In this document: positions 27,470 through 38,502 of the stretch, piece by piece
Position numbering within the stretch: position 1 is the stretch's first letter
Layout of the letters: each line of letters starts with the position of its first letter
Source of the DNA: Botryllus schlosseri
Lineage: Eukaryota
Length of the DNA: 64,000 nt
NCBI GenBank assembly: GCA_051294905.1
Contig: CM119373.1
Location: forward strand, 4,094,001 to 4,158,000
Direction: 5' to 3'
The notes under the pieces: model-generated
What the model was told of the DNA's origin: nothing
Databases searched by the model: none
What the model saw: only the letters and a program-made list of their open reading frames with translations
Program-made: the position numbers and the translations under genes

Positions 27470-30400
27470 TAACGTTTTTTGAATAACTGGATTCTCGAGA
27501 CTTGTTACTTGTACGATATACCGTTGGTGTGCAAACTATAACGACCATTTTGTATGATAGTATGTTTTAGTAGTATTGTTGTGAGGACAACCATGTGATG
27601 ACTCAGCACTTTTCGTTAGCAAAGTAGATTGATTTGTGTGTAAAATGTAAGCACCGTAACTAGAAAACATTTGTACTCTGTTTGGAGTAGCTGATTTATT
27701 GCTATGACATGGACATATCCTGAAGCCTTGGTTGGTTTGTTGTCTTACGAAAGATGAGGCGACCTCGGTGTCGTAAATTGTGTTAACTAAACTCGGATGG
27801 ATACCACAATTGTGCTGGACTTACACATGGTATTCGCATACTGTACACTTACAAACTTTTGTGTAAACAACTCTGATGTTTCTGTTCGTACTAGTTCTGT
27901 GTTGAACTATTTGATTATTAAGATACATGAACATTGAACAACCATTCAGACAATAAAGGTCTTGAGGTATCGAAACAGTTTGAAAGCGCCACCAATCATT
28001 GTACAGGTTCGCAGCATGGGAATATCGATTATTTTCGTGTACCATGAATATATTTCATATACCTTTGGTAAGAAATGAGTTGCGTGGGGTAATCATACAC
28101 AACCTACAAAAGTTAAACTTGTAGCGTTTGATTGCCTACTTTTTATCAATGTCTTTGTGATGTTAAAAGACGGCTGAGTTTACATTTACATTAAGCGGAG
28201 AAACTCAAGTAATAAAGTTTACTCGTTTGCAAATATCGATCAATGGAGTAACAGTATCAATATGAGTGGTATATTATTTTTCGCGATATGCAACCAATCT
28301 TCTAAGCATAACTTGTCAAAAATTTATCATGTCATAGAAACGCCGGTTGTTACGAATTCGAAAGAAATGTACTTCGATTATCACGATGATGGAAATTAAG
28401 ATCAACGCAGTATTTCGAAGTGGTATGTTCAACAATCACTAAATGATAAAAATATCAAACTGTGCATACAACTCGGTTAGGTAAACAATACAGTTACAAA
28501 TCGGATGTAAGCTTGATTTACAGATTACAGTCTGATGATGTAAAGCTCAACCACTCCAGTGTGTTTATTGCAAAGTATTTGACACGAACAAAATATTGAA
28601 TGAAGACTTCGGTTTCATTACCAAGCTAGTGAAAATTGTTTTCTATTGGATGCATATGATTTACCTTCAGAAAAACGATATAGACCGATTAAGCGACGCT
28701 GTTTCATATCCATCGAGTGAGTAAAATTTCTTTGGAGTTCGGTTTAGTGAGATAATTGTTAGGGATTCAATCACATACAAGTAACGTCTTTTAGTGACAG
28801 ATTATTGTGATGACATTTACTTTAGCGAATGACAACGGAAAAATTTTCGATTGCATTGTCGGTGTATGTGTTAGACCAGTGGTTCCCAACGTGGGCGATA
28901 TCGCCCCCCAGCGGGCGATTTGTCGGTCCAGGGGGGCGAAAATAGCCAAGGGGGTGATAGGGGGGCGAAAACGGACGAAGGGGGCGATAGGGGGGCGATG
29001 GCGCGTTGAAATGGCTATATTGGCGTCCATGACCGAAACTGCCACACCCAAACCCCCAATTGGGAGCCCGAGCTCGAAGGAGGCCCACAATTTTTTCGTG
29101 AATTAACATTAAGTATAGAGTATTATTTTGGAAATTTAGGCAACTTTTTCAAAAAAATTAGCGCTGCGCGATATTTCGTGGTCTCATATTTCTTGCTTAT
29201 TGGATAAAAATCAATTGCCAGTGCAGAAATACCAATTTGAAATTGTGTGCGTCTTTTAGTTTAGTACGTATGGGCGATTTGAATATCTTTTGACATAGCA
29301 GACAGGTCACGAAATGCCATTACGTAATGAAGTCATTATACGGACGGGTCCGCCCGAATATGTTCGATTATTATTTACGGGCCCTACATTTTCCAAGACA
29401 CCTCACTCAGCTTTACCGGTAAATCTGAATACATGAGCAGAGAGAGGATAAAAATTGACAGCAATATATATATATATGCAATTCCCAATCATATTGACCG
29501 ATTCAATCATGAATGATAGAAATTTTTCGCGCTTTGCGCGAATTAGGCCGACTAACTTAGGAGTCCAACAATTTCTACTGAGAAGTAGCGGTAAAGAGGT
29601 ATCGGGGGAGTTTGGTTTGAAGGTTGAAGAAGTTTGCTTTATCGCCCTATGGAGAGGGGGTCAAGACCAACTTATTGGGGAGGGGGGGGGAGACGAAGTG
29701 CGAAGGTCTTTTTGGAAGCAAGTCGGAGAATTCACCTTCTTTGTTAGTCAACTCACCAAACTTTAGCTGGAAAAGTGTAATTTCAGGGTAGAGCCGAAAA
29801 GTTGACCTTTTTTATTAGTCAACTCGACGGTGATTTAAGTCTGTATGCCCATTTTTAGGTTCCCAATATTTGGGGGGCGATTATCGGTGTGGAGTTTGAA
29901 AAGGGGGCGATGAGTCGAAAAAGGTTGGGAACCACTGTGTTAGACAAATAATTCTAGTACACCTAACTATAGGATACATTTGGCAAACATCGTACAAATT
30001 GTTTCGTTGTGATGGTAACGACTTTCAGCGGTTTGGTTTCATGTCGGGAATTATTATTAGGGGGTTCAAAAACAATCAATACTACAAATGAACAACAATG
30101 CAAAACACGTTAAGTGAATTACAGTGTAGCAAGTACTTCCTTGATATTACGATTGTTGTGTACCAGCCATTTCTAACTGAATTGAATACATCTAGCAAAC
30201 ATATTCCAATTTACTTTTGTAATGATCAAAGTATGTGAAATGGTGCGAACGGATTAGGTATTAATCAAGCGGCGGTATGTCAATTCACCTAGTGTGATAT
30301 CTTGACACCGGGTAATGCGCGAAAGTGTTTCAATTCTCACCGCAGATTACGACGATAAAGTATTGTACCGGTTATTGTTCAACAAAGGAAATTGTTGTTT

Positions 30401-32430
30401 CATCTTTAGTCTTGGTTACTGGAGACAATTACATTTGTAAAATATTTCCTGATATCCATAATACGCTGCGTGGTTTTTACGAACACGGCTTAATCTTCCC
30501 AATCAAAACATTTCAGACATGTTAATCTAGTTTCACAAATCGATATGCTAATAACAATGTTTCTGAAAAGTTTGTTGGTATCGTAATAACCTTCAACACG
30601 ACCCTGGTCTAATAATGTCATAATTTAATAATCAAGTCATGATCGACTATTACAAAATCTCATATGTCAAAATCAATGTGTCAATTCATATGTTTACATC
30701 GTGAAAATTTTCAATATAACGCCTGCGTTCGATTGTAAGAAATGAATTCTCAACTACGTTGGTCAGACATTCAAATCTCGTATACTCAAATGTAATTGGT
30801 TAATCTCAAACCACACACCGAGTAGTATTTACTTTGGTTTATAAAATACACCGAGTAGTAATTACTTTATCTTACAGAATAGTAACGACTTTTACAGTTG
30901 AACAAAAAAAAAACGATTTGGCGGTATATGACTACAACAGAACTTGCTATGGATTTTAGATTGTAGCGATTGTATGTACTCGCGTAATCTTGTCTTCTTT
31001 CTGTACGGGTACTGTCTAGTTGGTCTGGTAAGTTACAAACGGATTTACTTGACAAGGTTTTCATGATTGACTCTTTTGAGTATGGTAAGATGTTAAAATT
31101 TCGAGGTGTAATACTATTTCCATTAACTCAATTGTGACAAAAAAATACCCAGATAACTTGTTCAAGGCTTCTTTTGTTTCAAATCAACATGTGAATAATC
31201 AGTTATTGTGACAAGTTGAAATATCGTACCGAAGTTGCGAGTTGGAACAGTACGCGATTGTGTAAGTGCGAAGACAGCGAGATGGTGATCGTGTGAATAA
31301 ATTAATCTGAAACGCAGTGGAGTGAAAGTTTACCCAGCCTGTCTGGCAATCCTACTTCAAATCGCGATATGTAGTAGTTTGAAATATTCCGATTCAACTC
31401 ATCGCATTGCAACTCGATCGTGTTATGTGCAAGCGGTTGTCAAGTTGGAAATGTTTACAACAATGGGTGATATTTCATTGATTGATTCTATTGTGTGTAG
31501 TAACACATTAAAATATCGCCATAGTAATTACTGAAACTCTCTTTGACAAACGTAAAGACAGGTCGCGAATACAGTTGTAATGTTTCATTACTTGTTTCAA
31601 ATCAATGTGCGTATAATCTCGAAATGTGACTGGGTGAAAGTTGGTAGTCATGTTTGTCAAACATATTTCAATTCACACAATGTCAAAGTCCAAATATTTC
31701 ATTCTGGATTATTTGGATTTACCTGTGGTACATCTGGCGAACGGATTTAAAGTCGGCAAATTACCAAAATGATTGAATATTATCGGGTTAGAGATAGTTG
31801 GTATTGATTCTATAAGTGTTAAAACAGCGGCGTGGAATGTGTGAATGATCCGGAAACGGAGTTGAAAGTTGGTCAAGTCAAGTAATATTCAGTTTCAAAA
31901 GGATTATACTCTTAAAAAGATTCGAGTTATGCCAATAATTGACAATTTGTGGGTATTCAAGTCGTTGCCGTTGTGGTTCTGTTATTCCTTACCCTTGTGA
32001 GCGATCGTGGGATTTTACAATTATTTCACACCTATTTGAGTATGCGGTAACCTCACAAAGGATTAGGGTTAGGACGGAAATAAGTGGCAATTTGTTGCTA
32101 TTCAAGTTACCGACACTGGCGGTTCTGTTAGTCGTTACTTATTAAATCTTACCAGCGAAATCAAGTTCTGTGACAAACTGATTACTAAAATTTCACCGCG
32201 TGAGCGATCGGTATGGCTATGACACCAAGTCGTGAAAGATGACTATGTCTGAGGTGTTATCTTGTGGGTGATCGTAGGATTTTACAAATATTTCACACCT
32301 TTCAATGCAATAATTCATTTTCGCGTACAATGTTCGACCTATGTGATTCGACAACTGGGTTAGCGCGGTGTTGTTCTACTGATCGAGGTGTGAAAATCGC
32401 GGCATCGCGATAAAGTTGCGACTGTAAACA
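27470..32430 (+). pseudogene. Heavily decayed F-box / cysteine-containing LRR (FBXL/AMN1-like) coding remnants, mirrored on the - strand at ~18030-22975
   Basis: F-box-like FE*LDSRDLL then (frameshift) IPLVCK at 27478-27535. LRR-CC-like fragments ISRCNTI (~31098), IISYCDKL (~31195), ISKCDWV (~31616), LVSDRGILQLF (~31995), QVTDTG (~32103) and TDRGVKIAA (~32378). Many stops and frameshifts. Confidence 0.5.
28877..29937. mobile_element. Mirror copy of the hAT MITE within the right arm
   Basis: Same TIRs. TSD TGTTAGAC at 28869-28876 and 29938-29945. Confidence 0.92.
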
Positions 32431-33391
32431 GCAGACTATTCTGTAGGCGCGAAACAGCGGTATATGGAAGGTGTGAATAATCCGATCTGAAAGTATTATT
32501 CAGGTTACGCAGCAATCAATAGCGAGGAAAGACTTGAGTTAGAACACGATCGGTCATTTGTCGCGACTGAACTATGACATCATATATAATAATTTACGAT
32601 ATACACATTAACAAAGGTTCATTCACATGACTATTTACTTGATACATATTCAACACGAAGTACGACATGCCAACAACGAAGCTGCGTGCGACCGATCCCT
32701 ATACTGAAAAGGGTTACCGTGCGACCACAAGACACAATAGCCGCATGCGACCGAGAGGGGGTCAAAAAGGGTGGTCGTGCGAACACGAGATTTCGAAGCC
32801 GCGTGCAAGTGATCCCTATACTGAAAAGGGTTACCGTGCGAGAGGGGCCATAAGACGCAATAGCCGCATGCGAGCGGGCCCATAAGACATAAGAGCCGCA
32901 TGCCAACACGAGTTTCCCAGCCGCATGCGAGCGAACCCTATGATACCCCACGCAAAAAACACCAATGTGCCAGCGATCGTATATACTACTAACGTGACAA
33001 ATGTAAAACACAATTAAATCGGCGGAACGAAACTGTGCTGCATAAATCTATTTCATTCCACATATGGAACAAGAAAATGCCCCATTTATTCGTATTGTCA
33101 TCGGATTCTCCTAATATATTATAATTTGTGACAATAAGCTTCCTATACCGATAAATGTGCTTGAAGTAAACTACAAATAGCAGTAATTTGGTAATAACAA
33201 ACCAAGTAGGCCTATACCTGAACCCTTAAAAGACAATAATTTCTAAACACAGACGCAATTAACAAGGAAGCAATACTTTTTGTTTACCAATGAGTATTCA
33301 AATCTTCTCGTAAAAATAAACCAATATCGGGATGTGCATTAATGAAGTTCTTAGATACAACTCCACGTCTGATTAGGTCGGCGCGGTGAAC

Positions 33392-33399
33392 GGACGTGT
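33392..33399 (+). promoter_or_regulatory. DPE-like internal Pol II promoter motif of the LINE
   Basis: GGACGTGT starts at +28 from the TSD-defined 5' end, matching the position and sequence typical of I/Jockey-group internal promoters. Confidence 0.6.
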
Positions 33400-33512
33400 T
33401 GTTGGAGCTCCTCCGCGAATCCGTTAACTCTGGCGAAAGTTCAGCGAGTATCTGCAGGCCGTGATATAGAGAAAGCTATACCTCAACGTTGCTCTGACTC
33501 TCGCATCGCGAG

Positions 33513-34805
33513 ATGTCAGAGTCACATTCCTCACAGGAGATTGTGGATTTATCTTGGACCAAAAACACTTCAATGAAACGCAAACCTGACAGGACATCGA
33601 CAGATGACGGGGATACTAATAGTCCACCAGCAAAATTGAGATCAAGCTTACAGGTAGTTGAGGAAGAGATGAAGGTTGTATTACAAGGTTTGGGTAGATC
33701 GATGAAGTTCTATCACCCAACAAAGGTGCACAGCTGCTTGCACAACACCATTGGTGATTACGAAACGATTAAAGTGATGCCGTCTGGCGATCTCCTAGTT
33801 ACGTGTAAGAGTAAAAAGCAATTGACGAAGCTTCTTGAACAAGACACTTTAACCGATGCTGCTAAAAAGGTCAATATACCAGTCAAAGCGGTGATGTACA
33901 AAACGGAAAGCAAAGTCTATAACTCCAGAGCGGTTATATATGGAATCGACATTGAGACAACTGAAGACGAAATACGACAAGATCTGAAAGAGTATGGAGT
34001 GACTTTCGTCAAGAGACTGAAAACAAGGACGGACAAAGGATATGAGCCAAGCTATTGTATATTACTGGGGTTTGATTCTCCCACACCACCTGAACGAGTC
34101 TTCATCGGATACCTATCACTTAGAACAAGACCGTACAACCCTCCACCGCTTCGCTGCTACAAATGTAATAGATACGGGCATACCAGTAAGTACTGTCGAG
34201 GAAAGCAATCTTGTACTAAATGTGGTAGTCAAGAACATGAGTACAAAACATGTAACTCGTCGGTGAGAAATTGTATTAACTGCAATGGAACGCACAGTGC
34301 AGCATATGCGGGATGCCCTGCGTACAAAAGAGAAGCAAAAATCCAAGTTATCTGCGAAAGGGAAAATGTACAGTACAAAGAAGCAAAGACAAGATTTGAA
34401 ACGTATGCGGATGTATGCTCAAGCCATGTTGGTAAAGATTCTAGCGAACCACAGGTTGTGAAAGAGCACAACCAAGCAAGTATCAGAACCCGCAGCTCTA
34501 CGATCCCCACCCAACCACGTGGAAACGATTGCAATCCAAGTCATTTGTCGGCGAGTTCCCCCGCGTGGGAAGGCAGCGACAACGTTCCGAACTTGCAGTC
34601 ACTCTTTGCGGGTGTTCATCCGCTTTTGTTTTTCGCCTTCTTAACAGATATAGTGAACGAGTCGGTACTTGCCAGTCGGTCCGACGCTGCTGTAGATATG
34701 TCTTACCTGATTTCGTCTGCTACAAAAAAATGGTTGAGCGTGGCCATTGACACTGAATCCCTGAAGAATATGCTCAGCTCAATACCTCAAAATGTTCAGC
34801 AGTGA
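33513..34805 (+). CDS. LINE ORF1 (gag-like nucleic-acid-binding protein, three CCHC knuckles)
   Basis: 430 aa. CYKCNRYGHTSKYC, CTKCGSQEHEYKTC and CINCNGTHSAAYAGC. Confidence 0.93.
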   Translation: MSESHSSQEIVDLSWTKNTSMKRKPDRTSTDDGDTNSPPAKLRSSLQVVEEEMKVVLQGLGRSMKFYHPTKVHSCLHNTIGDYETIKVMPSGDLLVTCKSKKQLTKLLEQDTLTDAAKKVNIPVKAVMYKTESKVYNSRAVIYGIDIETTEDEIRQDLKEYGVTFVKRLKTRTDKGYEPSYCILLGFDSPTPPERVFIGYLSLRTRPYNPPPLRCYKCNRYGHTSKYCRGKQSCTKCGSQEHEYKTCNSSVRNCINCNGTHSAAYAGCPAYKREAKIQVICERENVQYKEAKTRFETYADVCSSHVGKDSSEPQVVKEHNQASIRTRSSTIPTQPRGNDCNPSHLSASSPAWEGSDNVPNLQSLFAGVHPLLFFAFLTDIVNESVLASRSDAAVDMSYLISSATKKWLSVAIDTESLKNMLSSIPQNVQQ

Positions 34806-37800
34806 CGGAATCCATATTTTACAATGGAATTGCCGAGGAATTTATCGAAAATTGCCGGAGTTTAAGAGATACATTGTCGAGCTCGCACAACCGCCAGACA
34901 TAATTGTGTTGCAAGAGACGCACTTGGTGGAAAGATATAAGCCGAAATTTGATGGATATCAGCTATACAGAAAGGACAAAACTGTACGCAGTGGTGGATT
35001 AGCAATCCTAATCAGGGAGGATATTCCGCATAGCTGCGTCGATATTGTTGCGCCTGAACGAATCGATGTTCTATGTATCGTTGTTGCTGGTAACAAGATT
35101 TGTAATGTATACATAGCCCCGGACTCTCCTTCAACAAAAAATGATTTCGTCTTTCTGAACCAACTAGCAACAAAATCTATCATAGTGGGAGACTTCAATT
35201 CCCATCACCAGGCCTGGGGATCGGATAGGGCAAATAAAAGAGGTGCTAATCTGTACGATTCATTGGATCGTTTTAACCTAGTCATCTTGAACACCACGAT
35301 GCCAACTCACGTGAACATCGCTATCAACGCAATCAGGAGGTGGTCTCTCATTGACTTATGCATTGCATCATCTGACATAGCCTATAAATGTAACACATCA
35401 GTAACAGATGATCTCCTGGGAAGTGACCATCTTATCGTATCAACCTATTTTATGGCGCGTGCAGAGAGGGTAGAGTTATGGCCTCTAAACTGGTCTCTCA
35501 AGAAAGCCGACTGGTATAGCTTCAGCAGTCACTTCACGTACCCGCAGGCTGCCGACCTCTGCAGTTCCGTTGATGAAGCGGTAGCGGATTTCTCGGAGAG
35601 GATTGTGCATGCAGCAAGCCTCTCAATTCCAATGACGCGAAGCTATAGGAAGGCACCGAAATCATGGTGGAATGACAAATGTGCCAGGGCAGTCCGAAGG
35701 AAGAAAGCTGCGTTTCTCAAAATGAAAAGATCCTTCAATCCTACTGACATAATACAGTTCAAGAAAATGAGAGCCGAGTGCAGAAGAACAATTTTAGCAT
35801 GCAAACGGGAATCATGGACTTCGTATTGCGATAATCTCGGTAATAAAGCGAATTTCCAACAGGTATGGAGGGTTGTTAAATCTCTCTCTGATAAATCGAA
35901 TAACACGTCAGTAGCAACGTTGAAGATTGATGGTAGGAATATCACGGAAAGCAAACAGAAAGCCGATGTTCTTGCACGGACTTTTCAAAAAGTAAGCAGT
36001 TCCAGTAATTTTTCGCCAACGTTTACACGCAGTATCCCACTGGTAGTACCAGAATGTACCAGAAATACCGAAAGCAACGACAAGCTTAATGATTTATTTA
36101 CCATGAAGGAGTTGTTGATGGCGATAAACGGAAAAAAGAATACGTCACCTGGAGCTGATATCTTGTGTTATTCAATGTTCAAACACCTTCCTTCTGGAGG
36201 ACTGGAAAATATGCTGAATATTATCAACCTTTCATGGATAAGAGGGGATATACCGCAAGACTGGAAGCATTCCATAGTTATCCCTATACCGAAACAGAAT
36301 AAGGATGTGTCGTCGCCCAATTCATACAGACCGATTTCCTTGACCAGTCACTTTTGCAAGATAATAGAAACGATGATAACGACTAGACTTAATTGGTACT
36401 TAGAGAAGAACAAACTGTTGAATTCGTCGCAATGTGGTTTCAGACGGGGAAGACGAGCACTGGACAATGTAATGCGGCTGCACGATGATGTATACAAAGC
36501 TATCAATAATGGAAGATTCGTACTCGCAGTATTCCTCGACATACAGCGCGCTTATGATATGGTCTGGCGGGAAGCAGTTGTCTTCAAACTGAAATGCATG
36601 GGTGTCGCCGGTTACATGTTGACATGGATAGCAAATTTTCTCCAAAACAGGACGTTTCAAGTGCGGGTAGGCGCGAGTCTATCCGAAAGGTATATATTAG
36701 AGAATGGCATACCGCAGGGGAGTGTAATTAGTCCAATTTTGTTTTCAATAATGATTAATGACTTACCCTCAACATTGCTTTGTCAATTTGGTTTATATGC
36801 AGACGACTGTGTTATCTGGGAGACGTCGCTAAAGATACAGGATCTCAAGAACCGAATACAGGATGACCTCAACAAGATTCAAAGATGGTGCGAAAAATGG
36901 GGATTTATCATATCTGTCGAAAAAACAGAGGCCGTCTTATTCACAAAGAAAAGAAAATACACAATGCCCGAGATCTATGTGGGGGAAAATTTAATACGGT
37001 TTGTGAACTCTTTCAAATACCTCGGTATCTATTTTGACAGTAAACTGACTTATCAACGTCATATCACCTATGTCGCTGACAAATGTATGAAGAGAATTAA
37101 CTTTATGCGAATGCTTTGTGGCACATCATGGGGCGCATGTAAAGAAACCCTGTTAGTTATATATAAAACTCTTATTAGACCTGTCTTAGAATATGGTATG
37201 GAAGCGTACTTTTTCGCCCCCAAGACGCATTTAACAAAAATCGAGACATTACGTAACCAGGCACTCAGAATATGCACTGGGGCTATGAGAAGCACGCCGA
37301 TATGCGTCCTAGAGGCCGAATGCAATGACATGCCTTTGAAAAATAGACATGCGTTGAAATGCTCAAAGTATCGCTACCATCTAAAAACGCAACAGGACAA
37401 TCTGGCCAATGATATACTCGAAAGCTCGTGGGAAGAAACATACAGTCTGCTAAATAGACGGTTCGTCACCTTTAATATCCTATCTAGGGTTGCTGATATT
37501 GACCAACTACGGATTTGTGGAAGCGAAATCTCGACGACTCCTCCATGGACAATTTTAACAGCAAATGTGGACCTTTCTTTGTGCCACTCAATACGCAAGA
37601 TATATCCCCCCGATGTCAGAAAATCAGTATCATTAGATCATATATTCTCTACATATCATGGCTACACTCAGATTTTCACAGATGGATCCAAGACTGAGAC
37701 AGGGTGTGGATACGCTTATCATATTCCAAATATTACTACGTCTGCAAATTCATTGCCGCCCTATTTTTCAGTATTCTCAGCCGAACTAATCGCTATTTCA

Positions 37801-38502
37801 GATTCCCTATCTTGGGTGCTGAATAATATCCACAGTAGAGTGGCAATACTCAGTGATTGCTTGAGCGCATTAACGTGTATAGCAAATTTCAATTTCGCAG
37901 CTCCTCTCCTCATTACCGAGATAGTCGAGAAGATACACCAATTGAAACAACGCGAGGTCACAGTATCACTTGTGTGGATTCCAGCACACTGTGGTATTCA
38001 GCACAATGAAATCGCCGACCAATTTGCAAGAAGCGCTACAGCATCAGAAACACCGCCCCGTCAACAATTGGACTTCGTCTCCGTAGGGGATGCGTACTCG
38101 CTCCTTTGGAACTCGTGCAGAAACAACTGGGATCAACTGTACAGGACAAGCGACACCGGAAGTCAGTACAAACTCATCAAAGACACGATTTACAAGAGGT
38201 TACCAAGTTTAGCATCGAGAAAAGAGCAAATCATTCTGTTTCGGTTGAGATCAGGCCATTGTCGGCTCAACTACCACCTGCATAAGATTGGATGTAATGA
38301 TTCTCCTCTATGTGAACAATGTTCGTTGCCCGAAACCGTCGATCATTATCTAATGAACTGTTTGAAGTATGTACGGCAACGTGCGAATCTGAAACGCCAT
38401 ATTAATAATGACAGTCTTTTTAATACAGTAGACCTATTAACTAGTGAATGCATGTTGGATCATGTCATTCAATATGTCAAGGAAACAAGGCGTTTTATTT
38501 AA
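34792..38502 (+). CDS. LINE ORF2: AP endonuclease - reverse transcriptase - RNase H - CCHC
   Basis: 1236 aa. APE motifs QWNCRG, LQET, GDFNSHH, SDH. RT motifs YRPISL, PQGSVISP, YADD, KYLG. RNase H motifs FTDGS, AEL, SDC, WIPAHCGIQHNEIAD. C-terminal CEQC..ETVDHYLMNC. Confidence 0.97.
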   Translation: MFSSDGIHILQWNCRGIYRKLPEFKRYIVELAQPPDIIVLQETHLVERYKPKFDGYQLYRKDKTVRSGGLAILIREDIPHSCVDIVAPERIDVLCIVVAGNKICNVYIAPDSPSTKNDFVFLNQLATKSIIVGDFNSHHQAWGSDRANKRGANLYDSLDRFNLVILNTTMPTHVNIAINAIRRWSLIDLCIASSDIAYKCNTSVTDDLLGSDHLIVSTYFMARAERVELWPLNWSLKKADWYSFSSHFTYPQAADLCSSVDEAVADFSERIVHAASLSIPMTRSYRKAPKSWWNDKCARAVRRKKAAFLKMKRSFNPTDIIQFKKMRAECRRTILACKRESWTSYCDNLGNKANFQQVWRVVKSLSDKSNNTSVATLKIDGRNITESKQKADVLARTFQKVSSSSNFSPTFTRSIPLVVPECTRNTESNDKLNDLFTMKELLMAINGKKNTSPGADILCYSMFKHLPSGGLENMLNIINLSWIRGDIPQDWKHSIVIPIPKQNKDVSSPNSYRPISLTSHFCKIIETMITTRLNWYLEKNKLLNSSQCGFRRGRRALDNVMRLHDDVYKAINNGRFVLAVFLDIQRAYDMVWREAVVFKLKCMGVAGYMLTWIANFLQNRTFQVRVGASLSERYILENGIPQGSVISPILFSIMINDLPSTLLCQFGLYADDCVIWETSLKIQDLKNRIQDDLNKIQRWCEKWGFIISVEKTEAVLFTKKRKYTMPEIYVGENLIRFVNSFKYLGIYFDSKLTYQRHITYVADKCMKRINFMRMLCGTSWGACKETLLVIYKTLIRPVLEYGMEAYFFAPKTHLTKIETLRNQALRICTGAMRSTPICVLEAECNDMPLKNRHALKCSKYRYHLKTQQDNLANDILESSWEETYSLLNRRFVTFNILSRVADIDQLRICGSEISTTPPWTILTANVDLSLCHSIRKIYPPDVRKSVSLDHIFSTYHGYTQIFTDGSKTETGCGYAYHIPNITTSANSLPPYFSVFSAELIAISDSLSWVLNNIHSRVAILSDCLSALTCIANFNFAAPLLITEIVEKIHQLKQREVTVSLVWIPAHCGIQHNEIADQFARSATASETPPRQQLDFVSVGDAYSLLWNSCRNNWDQLYRTSDTGSQYKLIKDTIYKRLPSLASRKEQIILFRLRSGHCRLNYHLHKIGCNDSPLCEQCSLPETVDHYLMNCLKYVRQRANLKRHINNDSLFNTVDLLTSECMLDHVIQYVKETRRFI

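Larger units (their letters stand above)
17351..32990. mobile_element. Polinton/Maverick-derived non-autonomous element that is almost wholly palindromic (two ~7.3-kb arms)
   Basis: Begins AGTAGTATAT (17351) and ends ATATACTACT (32990). Flanked by a perfect 6-bp direct repeat AACGTG (17345-17350, 32991-32996). Mirror-image ORF pairs run along the full length. Size of 15.6 kb fits Polintons. No intact core genes found. Confidence 0.85.
25700..32990 (-). repeat. Right arm of the giant inverted repeat
   Basis: Reverse complement of 17351-24746. Confidence 0.97.

Noticed and set aside
17351..32990. Palindrome as a pure fold-back sequencing or assembly artefact
   Set aside because: The arms differ by SNPs and indels, a unique spacer exists, and mirroring stops exactly at AGTAGT/ACTACT termini with a direct 6-bp TSD and unrelated flanks. 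Read-level confirmation is still needed.
17348..33013. Paired short ORFs in the two arms as duplicated genes
   Set aside because: They are identical only because of the inverted repeat. They are short, overlap in several frames and have no recognisable domains.
34042..37961. Alternative-frame and antisense ORFs overlapping the LINE
   Set aside because: These are shadow ORFs of the long LINE reading frames.
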